DNA from: Takakia lepidozioides
Taxonomy: Eukaryota > Plantae > Bryophyta
Assembly (NCBI GenBank): GCA_030704615.1
Contig: CM060733.1
Coordinates: 58,032,001-58,096,000 of the forward strand
Direction: 5' to 3'
DNA length: 64,000 nt
Both the position numbers and the translations under genes were made by a program. This document shows, piece after piece, positions 25,247 through 36,900 of the stretch (position 1 is the stretch's first letter; each line of letters opens with the position of its first letter). The notes under the pieces are model-generated. The model saw nothing but the letters and a program-made list of their open reading frames with translations, was not told where the DNA came from and did no database searches.

Positions 25247-26478
25247 TCCCTTTCTGGGACATTCCACTCAATCTCTACGCAGATCTTCAACAATGAAATG
25301 TAAGTTAGAGAAAACTTACTGGCGCCTTCTTAGGTTTTGAAATTGGATCCCCTTCTGCAGCTTTCCTCTTCCCTCTCACATCTACTGGAATTTTTGTCTG
25401 CTCTAGGGTTTCTGGACCTTCTCCCTTCAGCATTCCTCGTACTTCCACCTCCTTCAGTTTCCCTGCGAGTCATCTCTGCATCCACAGGCTGGTTTCCAAC
25501 GGGCACTGTTATCGCTGACTGTGTCACAGCCGCTGCCTCAGTCTCGGTCTGCTCTTGTGAATCAGTCTTCGCGTTCACCTGCTGCCTTGGCCCTGTGTTC
25601 TCCAACAAACGACGCCTCGTCATTTACTCTCTTGCTCTGCGTCTCTCTCTAAGGGAAGTAAAATAAAGAGACTTTCTTCTCTTTCGTATTGTAGAAGGAA
25701 CCATCTCCAGCTTGACTACCACTCTCCCTCTAAGCGCGAAAAGTAGAAAAACGAAGTGACTCCCGATTTCTTGCGGGATTGCGTGCGTTGTTGCTTGTCT
25801 CTAGAAGCATCGGATTCCCTCTCGCGTACCGTTACACATAGTCGTTCCCTTATTAGTGCACATGCCAACAATTAGTGTACAGCTGTTCGTATTCAGTTAT
25901 CGATGTCTGACGTGTGTCGCCCAAAATAACGGCGTGTTCTTTATTAGAACGGTTTCAATATTTAAAAATAACAGCGAATCCCAGAAATCTTGGCGCACAG
26001 TCTTATACAAATATATGTAAATGAACGAGAGTTTGATGACAAATTTTGGGATATCATACACGGTCATCCTTGTTAGCCAACCCCACGTTCGTTTCACATT
26101 TTGAACTTTTCAGGTGCGCATGATCATTGGTAGTATTATAAAGATACATTTACTTAATCTACAATCCCACCCTCAGATCCTGTGGCATGCTTCCAGGAAG
26201 TCGGCTTGTTATTGTGTTTATTGATGAGGTTCTGATAACACAGTTTAACAGCTGCCGACATTGCTCCTAGGGATATTCTGACCACTGGGCCCACAAGAAA
26301 AGTAATTAAAATGGACGGCTGCATATCTGGAAGAAATAACAGAATATGCACAGTCGTCATCTGAGCTTCCTTCGCCATATTCTCTGCTCATTCTTCAACT
26401 GTGTTCTGGAGACATCAGTAAACCGATTTACACTGAAGGTCTGCGATAGCAAGGTATCAACGTACGCGAGGAAGGAAG

Positions 26479-29400
26479 ATGGCTTCCTCTGAAGCGGAGT
26501 TATTCTCTGACGACAAACCAGTGCCGTTCTCCCAGGAAGTCCTTGACAATGGATTTGCAATTGTTCTGGAACATGTCTTGGCTACCCGTTTTCAGCTTCA
26601 GAATGGCTCCATCTTTTTGGAGAAAAAGGTGTACGATTTGAAAGGGAAGTTGTTGAAATACTCTTTCCAAAATTGTGATGAGACGGCTCATGTCAGCCAG
26701 TGGAGAGTGCGCCCTGGGCGATACAGGGTACTTGGAGAGCCTCGGCGAAAGTCCCTTGGGTCATATGTGACGCCCGGGACTGCTGCTTCGGTCGTTGAAG
26801 ACAAGAGGGAGGTGGTGGAGAAAAAAGAACAGACGTCATCCACTCCAATCGTTGAGCGTTCGGATTCGTCCGACGATGACATAAGTGAAATTCCAAATCC
26901 AGTCCTTCCTACTGTGGTTGGAGAAGCTGATGAAGAAGAGATTTGTAGTGTCATTCCAAAATTACGGGCGATGGGAGGAATGGTTGGATTCAAAGTGAGT
27001 TGCGAGGAATTGATTGGGAATCTTTGAAGCAGGTGCCTGTGAAGTTCTTGCCAGAGACTTTTGATGGCGATATTCTATTCGAGCTGCCTCCTCCGCGAGT
27101 TGGAGGTGTAACAATCATGATGCATGGAATGGACAAGAAACACGACGGGCACCCGTGGTGCAGAACAAAAACATCCAATATTCAGAATGATGACAAGCTT
27201 GTTTTCAGGAGAACAGTTTGCAATGGACACCTTAGGTGTGATAATTTGAATTGCAGACACTTTCTTCAGTCTGGGGTTCATAATCAAAGCGAATGGGAGG
27301 GTCTGGCGGAAAATCCATTTCAGCCTGGGACTGCCCCACCACCGGCAAACACTTCGTCTGCAAATTCTGCAAACTTGTGCCATCCTGCTTGGCGCTCTGC
27401 GGAGCAAGAATGTACTATGTTGTCCACCGTTTGAAAACAATGACAAGAGCTTGTGTGCATTTCGGATTCCATAACCATCATGTTTCGAAGGGGGATTACA
27501 TGGAGAGTGTTGAGACAATATCGAGGTTGATTAAACAGGAGTTCGGGGAAACCCATCCGCAACAACATCTGCAATTGCTCTTGACGCAAGCAAGTCCTTC
27601 TTGGAAAGCCATATTTTGAGTGAAGGGGATTCTGTGGGGACTAAACTTGACGGTGCAGCATTGGACCTGATCATGGATCATTTCTCCACTTTGAGTTCAC
27701 CTAACATTCGGCATCAGATCAATGCATTAAGAATGGGCTCTGGCGTACAGAGGCTACATAGACAACATTTTGGAGTTGAAACGAGTGAGCAAGTACGATT
27801 ACATCCAGGACAATGTATTCCCAGGTCAAGGTGCCATCAAAGTTTTTCTTTTCAAAATGTCGACTGTGGGGGAGGGCAGTGGGGTTAGCCTCATGAAGCG
27901 GATGCAGAAGACTGGGGACTTGCAGAACTGTTTTCTTATGTTTGATCATGTGAAACGAGTGAAGGATTGGACGACAATGGCTTGTCATGTCTACGATCCA
28001 GTGTACCAACGAGTTATGACAATTGCAGTTTGTGACATGCAATCCGAGGATACGGAATCCCAGAAGCTCATGTGGAATTCCCTGCCATGGGCTGCCATCT
28101 CCAAATTTCGCAGGTTTCATGGCGGATAGTGCTCAAGCAAATTTCAATGCTGTTCGTATTGTCTTTGGATCGGGCGACCCAAAAGTGCCAATGCGAGGAA
28201 GAGAGCGTACATGTCTATTCCATTGGACACAATCTCTGGAAAAACATACAAAGTCGGACATCAAACCAGAGATGCAGACTCAGCACCGTAAATTGTGCAA
28301 AGAGTACAAAGATGCTAGAACAATGAAGGAGGCGGACACTTTGTTCCAGACAATTCGTGCCTGGTGGTTCTCTTCTGGAGCTGCATCACTTGAGAGTATG
28401 AGAGCATTGGAAGATTGGCTGGCGTTTTGGCACTTCCGGTATAGACAGTGGGGAGCAGCCATGCCAGTGGTACGAGGCTTATATTTCTTGCTTTATTCAT
28501 ACATTTACTTTCCATTTTATTGTGTCCTCGCTTTCTTTATGTTGTTTTCTGTTCATTGTTTTGAAGTGTGGTTCTCCACTTTGCAGAACATGTCCATTGA
28601 GGAAATGGCGGACATGCCATCTTGCAATTTGGCAGAAACTGTGCACAACGCATGATTGCAGCAGTCTGGGAAACGAGATCGGGATTTGTATGTGGCAACA
28701 ACAGATGATTTGATACGTGCCTTGCAACAACAAACCCGATACCGTGATTTCTTACGAGGTGGGGTTGGTGGCAAGGATCCGGACAAATGGGAGTTGATGT
28801 TGCGTACTGCAAACAGATCTGGGGATCCAATCAAGATAGCACGGGCGGTTGAGCATGTATGCCCAGGGAACGCCACTTGTTTCTAGAGTTCCACATCTTG
28901 AAGGGGAGGAGAGATTCGGCTCCTGTAAGAAGAAATTGAACACTCCACCTGGATCGGATTCCGATTCGCACAGGGCACCGTGATAACTTCTCGAAGCCTC
29001 GTGTTCCCCTGCATGACAGCTCCATGTCCGGAACCTCCATTGTGGAGGAACCTCCAACACGACGGCAAGCTCCAGCATCAAACAGTGCCACTGAAATGGT
29101 GCAGGAGAGAAAAACCAACCCCCTTGATGTGCTTGAGTCCGCATGCCCCGACCACGTTTGGCACATAGAACGCACAAGTGTAGGGTCTCGTGTGAAATGT
29201 ACAGCGATCAAGGCAACTAATTTCGAGAAGTGCACTTCATCTATATCCAGAGGTGGTGCCCGAACTCCTGCTCCGACTTTCACGGGTTTGATGCGTCCAT
29301 ACGGTCAACCAGAAGCCAAGAACCACAAGTTCTGGTTCTGCACAGATGATTGTGCCAGATGTGTGCATGGAACTGTGCGTCCTTCCGTAGTGATGAAGCC

Positions 29401-29972
29401 ATCTCCTCCAACCATTTGGCCCGTGAAGGTGGGAACACATCTCAGATTTCAGGAGATTGAAATGCTGGAGGAGGCAGGCTTTTCCCTTGCGAGACAACCC
29501 CAACTCCATGCATGTGCTACTACTTTGGTCCTCCCGGGTCCCCCCGGCAAATCCTGACTTGTGGCCAACCAAACGAGATGGAAAGCTCGTTCGGCGTTTC
29601 CCTCCAACCACTGAACACTTTGGCAAAGTGGAGTCCGCAAGAATGCTCCAAGCTCGTGTTGGAATCACCACGGAAGTACCCGATCCAGGATATGGTCGGG
29701 TATTCACAATCATCACTTCCACATCTGCTGTTCATGACTGGACCTACGACATCACGGTTTCCAATTTCCCCAATTGCACATGTCCTGATTTTGTGAATAT
29801 GTTATCAACCAGTTTGGGCAAGAGAGGTAAATTCATACCCTGCAAACATTTGTATTTCATATTTTTGAAGATGATGGTTTGCGATCCCAAACGTGACAAC
29901 TTCATTCACCAAGCCACTATGAGTTTCAATGAGGTCGATACTCTAAAGCAGCGGGATACAACACATGGGTAG
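26479..29972 (+). pseudogene. MULE-type transposase: GCM/WRKY-like Zn DNA-binding domain + DDE core + Cys-rich region + SWIM finger; frameshifted
   Basis: DGHPWCRTKTSN..RRTVCNGHLRCDN..CKFC..LCGARMY..VHFGFHNH (GCM-like); MFDHVK (D1, ~27944); FMADSAQA (D2, ~28125); CLFHW (CxxH); CNLAETVHN (E, ~28635); CTCPDF..PCKHLYFI (SWIM). GT-AG intron at 28470-28586. Several frameshifts and a TGA at 28653-28655. Confidence 0.88.
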
Positions 29973-32024
29973 CATCAACTATGCAATGTGGTATGTGGAC
30001 GACCATGATTTGAAATGTGTAATTCACATCAATATGTCGGCGGTGCAATGATATGGCCTCCAACTATATGGAGTGAGCTCTGAGTGGCAACTTTTAAAAG
30101 CACATTTGTCATTGCACCGTTCGAAGTCTACATGTCTTGCTGTCGCTATGCACTACAATCATCTTTTGAAGATGATAACTCTCATTGTTATTTGAGGAGG
30201 GAGGAAGGTCTTCCCGTGGCAGCCTCTATGGCGCACACTTTGTGAGGATATTTTCTCGTCCTCGTAATTGTAAAAGTGAAACAAACATTTATAATTGCAC
30301 AATGTTGGATGCTACAATTGTAGGCCTCATGGTAGTCTTGATTCTATTTAGGCAAGATTCCCTGCATTAATTCCACGGTCATAGGACCATCCTCGGTTAT
30401 AGGCGGCGCATGTTAATGCTGACGTGGCAGATGACGGACAGTGCCACGTCATCATTTGCCGCCACATCAGCATGCTGACATGACACTCACGCCACGTCAC
30501 TCCTGCGTGAGCGTACGCTCACGCGCAACGCTCACGCCATTGCGTCGTTGGGAGAAAATGGTTCATTTAGACTATTATGCTACTATGATGAAATGCAACT
30601 TAGGAGATAGCTAATGGGGCTAGAAGTTCTCGCGAACCAGATCGCGATCTCTAGGGAAGCTGAGAAGACCGATGAAAAATTCCTAACGGTAGTGGAGTCT
30701 GGAAACAGTTGAAGATGACTTCAAATGTTTCCAGTTGACGTCCCGTTCGAACTCAGGGGACACTATGGAGTGTTGCACGGTGCTCTCGCCAGCATGAAGG
30801 GGGGAGCTTTGTCCAAATGCATGAATCCTGCTCAGGGGAGAAGCAGATAAGGTCGTGATTGCCCCAGGTGGCCTTAAAGTTAGCATGGATGGCTGCCGCG
30901 CTTCCATAATTTCGTTCGATATCTGCACAAGTTTTTTACCACGCTTTTATTGACTCCACTCCTAGATCATAGAACACATTAGAAAGCAGGGATGAGATGG
31001 TGGTAGTCTCTCGAATTGAAGGATTTGTTCTTAGATCGTTGGTCATAGTTAAGAAGAAGATGAAGGGATAGAAGGTCCAGTGGCCATATAAAACTTTCAC
31101 CAGCGGCCACACTTTGGCAGGTGCATGACAGAAAAGCAGGCAATGCTCTAGGGACTCTCTCCAGAGTCTTCAACCCGATCTTCATTAACGTTCAACTGCC
31201 CTGATGCTGAGGTATTCCCAAAAGAAGAGGACGCTCACGGAAAGATGTTCACTTTGTGCCGAGACAAATGATCCACATTGCCAGACTGCATACCCATTTC
31301 GGCTCCACCGCCTGGCCTGGCCCATCAACATGCTGCGTGATATCAGACCTTCCATAGGTACACCGCAAAGAGCCAACACCTTTGGTCAGGGCAGGAGCAC
31401 TCTGCCATCCCCACATCTTTACAACTCCTTCCATGATTTACATGCATAGAAAGCAATTGTTCACAACTGTAGTTCTATAAGACAATGGAGTCGTTGTTAG
31501 AACCAGGTCTATAACTGCTTTCTACTACAATTGTGCACCATGAGTCCATCCTTTGGTGAGACGAGAGACACATTAAATTACATATTTAGAAGCGAGTACC
31601 TAGACCATGTCAACTCCATCCATTCAATCATGTGGGATGCTCGGATCCTCTGCCAGCTGCCATTCTTTCACAATCCAACACCTTGTAGACCTACCTACAT
31701 CTTCTTCCCCACTCTCATTCTTCCTCCCTTCTACAAATGCTCCATGCCTTCCTCCATAACACCTAGTCCAACATTCAACCCCGGACCCACGCACATAAGC
31801 GCCAACCCTCTTGTAACATATCCCTACACAAACAACACTGATGACACCGCGAGAAGTGTCACAACTGGAAATGGACAAACATCTCACAAACTGCGAGACC
31901 ACAAAAGCAAGAAAACCAAACCCTCCCCCGCGCTGAAGTCACGCTACTGCAGCAGATCGCGCGTGAGAGACGACAGATCGCAGGAGAAACAGAAGGAAAA
32001 AAAAAAAAAAAAAAAAAAAAACCC

Positions 32025-32247
32025 TAGTGTGGGAACGGATCCGGAACCGCCACTGACCCCCCGGTTCCAGTTCCAAGCCGGTTCCTGGAAAAACCCGAAG
32101 CCGCCGGTTCCGGTTCTGGGACCGGCTCGTCCCTGCTCCCCCGGTTCCGGTTCTTGGGCGCCGGTTCCGGTTCCAGTACCAGTTCCCAGGAACCGGAACC
32201 GGAACCGCCGGTTCCAACCCGCCTAAGCGGATACCCGCACAACACTG
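32025..32247. mobile_element. Small hAT-type MITE rich in GGAACC/GGTTCC motifs
   Basis: Ends TAGTGTGGGAACGGATCC / GGATACCCGCACAACACTG resemble a YAGTGTT TIR; flanking 8-mers AAAAACCC and GAAAAGCC match at 6/8; internal CCGGTTCC/GGAACCGG repeats. Confidence 0.65.
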
Positions 32248-33985
32248 GAAAAGCCGTCCAAATAAGGCAGTTTTCGCCAAAGTCTCATAAAGGTCCTCGC
32301 CCGTGGACCCGCAAGGGCACCATGCAGGATGACCTGACGGGCGAGATGAGGAGTGGGCTTAGGATTGTGGGGCCTCCTCCATTGCCCATAGAGATGCTCG
32401 TCCCTGTCTTGCCAAAACTATACACCTCATTTGTACCAATTAGCCTATGGTTTTCACATAGAAAGAGCTCTATTTGCCTAAATGGCTTTCAACTATTTCT
32501 GTATTTCGCCTTCTATTGCTCATCAACATCCATTTGATTCACAAAATATGACAAGAGTGAAAATACATGTAGCCTACGAATTCGAGGATAATTACATAGA
32601 GTGGGCCACTTGCACTACCATACACCCAATATATATAGCCACTCAGTAGCCCTTTTCAAAATCCTTTAAAAAAACCCTGCTCGAGCTCACCGCCGCTCGT
32701 GTGGTAAGGCCCTAAAGCAACTTATAGGAAGTTCCGAGATAGACAATTTCCTTCATAATAAATGTTACATTTTGTGTAAGTAGCCTTGAGTTACCAATTG
32801 AAGGCCACCACCCTGAACGGGATACTTTGTAAATGCTACTTCCAATTTAGACAACAGCTGTTGGCTGACCGAGGCTATCTCGATCGATCACGATTCACTT
32901 GAATCCAGTTCAAAGAAGTATTGGTGGAAGAACGTGTGTCAATTGATTTGGGGAATACTTCTTTGTAGGCTGCGAAATAAAGTTGGAGTCAGTCGTGAAA
33001 CAAGAACTGTATGCTCGGGAGATGGGTCCCGCCCTCTCCACAGCGCCCTGCATCGAAATAGCTGCTCAAGGAGACACCTTGCCAATAGCAAGCCCATCTG
33101 CTTGACCTCCATAGTGTCTTAATACTGACTATGTTGAGCCGAAAACAGCGCCCGTCAAATATCCTTCAATCTGGCGGTGAGCACCTTCTCTCAATGAATC
33201 GAGCTCTGTTCATTGTCGAAGCACACGCAGTATGCGCCAGCTCTGCGAGCACCATTTGTCTTCTGTCAAACCCCGTCTAGTACAAAGCTTTTGATAGATC
33301 TGTCCGCACCACTTCGGTACCCCTTCCTCGCCTTCCATGGCAATTTTCATAAGATTGTACATCTCGACAATCTATGGTGCATTGCTCTTGATTGTGGTCT
33401 GAATTCGAAAAGCTCACACCAAAGATCTCCGTCGTGAAGTCCTCGAAGTCATCGTATTTGCCTCGATAATCCTTTGCAAACCGGTCGTGCTCGCAGTCTC
33501 TTCAACCCTCGGACATGATCGCAAAGATCAGCAGCTGTCGCGTGAAAAGGAGATTCGCACGCTTCGTGTAGCAGTTGACCAGCGTCGACCTGCGCCAGCC
33601 GGTCTGTCCAACGGACGGATGTGGATGTGGATGGATCTCCCATCCACTCACATCCAGGATAACACTGTAGTCTTCCCAAACTCGGATGATCAACCAGACG
33701 GGAATTCATCGATTGGGTAGGATGATGACCGGCTGTGAGGGGTCGCGTGAAGGGTGGTCGGTAGTTTTGGTCAAGGGTCTCTCCTCACCCACGTGTTTCT
33801 CTCGCTTTCTTTGCTGCTGCTTCACGAAGGATTTGCTGGTTTTCTTCCCGTTTGGAATCTTGTCTGTCGTCTTCGAGTGTTGAATCGCTGCTTGTTTGAG
33901 GGGGTTTTGCTTGGTTGGCTCAGTTTTCTTCACACACGATGCGGAGAAGGTGTCTTTGAGCAGCGGGGGGAGGGCACTTGTGGCC

Positions 33986-36900
33986 ATGGAGCAGGCGCGG
34001 CGGTCCAAGAGGCAGAGAGTGGCGGTGGACTATGCACGGTTGGATACTTCAGGGTTTGCAGATTGCATGCGGGTGCAGCACAAGAAATTGACGCGGGCTG
34101 TGCTCAAGTTCCCCGAACAACCGCACAGAGCCAACAGTCCCTACACGGTCTCCAGCCTTCTTCCCCATGAGCTGGCAGCCTATGTGCATTCGACAGGGTT
34201 TGCAAACCCTTGTGTTGTTCGGGGCTCTGACGAGGCCCGCCCTGCACTCGGCATCAGGTTCTCTTCCCACGGAAATTTTCTTCTTGGCTTTTGTGTGGTT
34301 ATAGCTCAATAAAAATCTCGGACATGCTCTCTCCTTTTCCTATGCAAACGAGATACCAATTTGTATATGTACGGAGGAATTTCCGTCATCATGACACTCC
34401 AAAATCTGTGTGTTTGCTTTGAGTCCTAAAAGACTATGTACGCTCATAATCGAGGAACGAGTACATGAATTAATGGTGTCTGGGAGAAGTGCAGCCCTCA
34501 AAATGTGCCAGCTTGAACACTCAGCTTGGAAAGGCAGAGACGATTCCACCGCGTCAATGCCCAGTGCCATTTCTGGTGGTCGTTCTTTGGGACTATTTAG
34601 GTCAGCTGTCTCCGGGCTTCTTATCCAAGTGGATACATCCAATAAAGTGGATACATGCAGATAATTGTAAGCATTGTGGTCTCAATCCTATGCATCATAT
34701 TGTGAAGGTGGCTTATTACTGGTTGGCAGAGTACCGGAGGGGGAAATGACAGTGGAGCGTGTGGCCAACCTTGTCGGTCGCGACTGGCTCATCAACACCA
34801 TTGATGTGTCCACACAGGTTGGAATACTCTGCCTTCTATGCTGCTGGGATCTATGTTCAATTTTATGACCCCACAATATCTGCAATATACAGAACCAACC
34901 AAACATACCCCTATTGCAACAATCTTCCCAAAGTGAACATGTTAAAGAATCCTAAGTCCTACTGTTGACTGGGAGAAGGATGTTGTTTGAGTGTAGTCAG
35001 TGCCAAATCGGATGGTCCGGGAAGGGGTCCTACAGCTACTCAAGCACCCCTGAGTCATGCTTCTTATTCTTCCCTGACGCACTCTTTATGGTCTTACCAA
35101 GATTCCAGTATCATGGATCAGTGTTAGTATACACGAGGACTCATCTTGGTTTTGCATCAGCATTCAATGCTGAACGTTCTCCTGGGGCAAGGATGCATGA
35201 GCAATATTAGTAAGTGGAGATAGTTTGTGAAGAGTGAGAACTGGGAGTGAACTGGTGCGTGAATTAAGGACAGTGACTGAGTGGCCATTGATGCATTAGT
35301 AATATGGTGGTACTTGATAGCAACTTTTAAGGAGAAGAAAGGTCAACTCTGCCAAAGCAAGTGTAAAGTATGGTGTCACTTCATCCCAAAGGGCTACTGC
35401 CTTCCATTTGGATGGTGGACACCGGCTAATGGCCGTAACTGCATTACCACACTTCCCCCGGCACTCAAACGTCCTAGGTACCCACACTTTAGGTGACCAC
35501 CCAACGACCCCTATAGTTGGGTTGGCTATAATGGGTGACATCCAACATACACCTATGTGGCTTTGAACCCACGACGGCTTATAAGGAGGCCTTGTGCCCT
35601 ACCACTGGGCTATCTGTTGGATGATTTCAACATTGAAGACTTCGAATTATTGATACAAAGCATGTATGAGAACTCAATATCCTATTCTCCAACGGACACT
35701 GCACAACTTTGTATCTAATTGAGGAATCAATGTGTGCACATATCCCCTTACTCAGGTTTTGGAAACTTTACCCTTCAGTTTGTTGTGGTAGCTAAGCCGA
35801 GTAACTGTTAATTTGCAGTTTATCTAGTTTGGTTCACCAATTTCATCTAAGAAGAACTAATCTAAATATACCAGTCTGCACACTGCAAATCCACATTAGT
35901 GGGATTCACACGATGAGTTAATAGTTCTTTTGATGATACCTGGGTGTTGCAGTCTGAAGGGCCAGTCTATACAATGGATGAGTGGGCAGCATATTTTGCA
36001 TCTCCAAGCCCTAGGAAGCCACTGCTCAACGTGGTCTCTCTTGATCTTGCCAATACTTCCCTGCATGACATGGTACGACCTCTCCCTCTAAGATCAGACT
36101 TGTTAATTGATTGTCTGGTTCCCATATAAATTAGGGTTAACATGCAGGTCAGTGCATTGTTTCTGCAGGTCAGTGCACCATGCCTGGTTAAAGAGCTTGA
36201 TCTGGTGGATAAGGCTTGGCCCCCTTCCCAGTCTCCAACCCCAATGGTAAACCCTTCTGCTCTCATAACCCTCGCCTGAACCTATCCTGTTCATTGTCCG
36301 TCATTGAGTGGAACTCGGGCTTCATTGAGCAGTACGCCACTTGCAATCTTTGCAACAAATCTGGAAGTATGAAATTGGGAGGCTAGTGGGTAGGAAGATA
36401 GATAGTGCAGACTGTGGCAGTGATAGGCCTATTGCAAACAAACTGACGATAAAATGTTAACAGATCAAGCCCATTACAATGGACTATCATCCGACTGTGG
36501 ATATCATTGAGCTGAGGAATTGGAAATTGTAGTAGAACCTTAAACATATGAAATGACATAAACATGAAATGAAATGTAATACTTGTCACTCTCTTGCCGA
36601 GGCCTTAACGCATGGGTGGCCGCCAGCTTGGCACCCTGCAGGGTTCCCAGGAGCGCCTGGGAGCCAGCCTTTCTGCAACCAGTTGGGCCTACGTGGAAGT
36701 CAGGTATGCAGTTCGCTGTTGTAGTCCAGTTATCTGGTGGTCAAGGTGGCGGTACTATCTAACTTGTGGTTACTAGCTAACTTGTGAAAGTTACCATGGC
36801 AGGTGCAGCTGTATGCACTTATGAGTGTCGCAGGGTGCTTCATGGATTTTCATGTTGATTTTGGGGGCTCTTCCGTGTGGTACCATGTCCTCAGGTATGT

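Larger units (their letters stand above)
19871..25623 (-). pseudogene. Transposon accessory gene: ParB/Srx-like domain + linker + beta-class amino DNA methyltransferase-like domain; about 9 exons, disrupted
   Basis: Inferred exons 25623-25320, 24466-23844, 23749-23557, 23472-23035, 22949-22723, 21747-~21141, 20987-20651, ~20447-20161, 20064-19871. ParB-like: RLDIPLCRM..VVRP..ITKLESDF..G..YVWDGNHRLLAW. MTase-like: ADIVILDIPDG (motif IV position), LSDAGTLLLF, EKSPAFMQILLESCS (motif X region), WVVDLSVST[G]ATYHACKAGGRSLFGMEGD (motifs I/II). Lesions: in-frame TAG at 24071-24073, frameshifts, and a last acceptor AG changed to AT at 20065-20066. The 3' end is uncertain. Confidence 0.8.
18827..30550. 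mobile_element. Mutator-like (MULE) DNA transposon, 11724 bp, with two divergent decayed genes
   Basis: Identical 9-bp direct repeat GGAGAAAAT at 18818-18826 and 30551-30559. Read inward, both ends are CA-N11-GCGTGAGC-N6/7-CGTGAGCG-N3/7-GCTCACG. Internal MULE-type transposase. Confidence 0.88.

Noticed and set aside
30041-30119. 11-bp inverted repeat CGGTGCAATGA/TCATTGCACCG after the transposase stop
   Set aside because: Single short stem with a long loop, unrelated to the 24-bp motif; could be chance.
30560-31900. Possible degenerate LINE 3' region right of the transposon (CSLCAETNDPH)
   Set aside because: Only a weak CxxC/H resemblance, no RT motifs; cannot be supported without a search.
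31939-32537. Pro/Glu/Arg-Asn-rich ORFs
   Set aside because: Translation artefacts of the GGAACC-repeat MITE and a poly(A) run.
30550-33986. Functional linkage between the transposon MTase and the neighbouring JmjC demethylase
   Set aside because: The JmjC gene lies outside the TSD and looks like an ordinary host gene; proximity is most simply chance insertion.
35540-35622. Functional tRNA gene (also considered for 55312-55394 and 58743-58820)
   Set aside because: A and B boxes are present but acceptor and anticodon arms do not form a canonical cloverleaf; treated as SINE-like.
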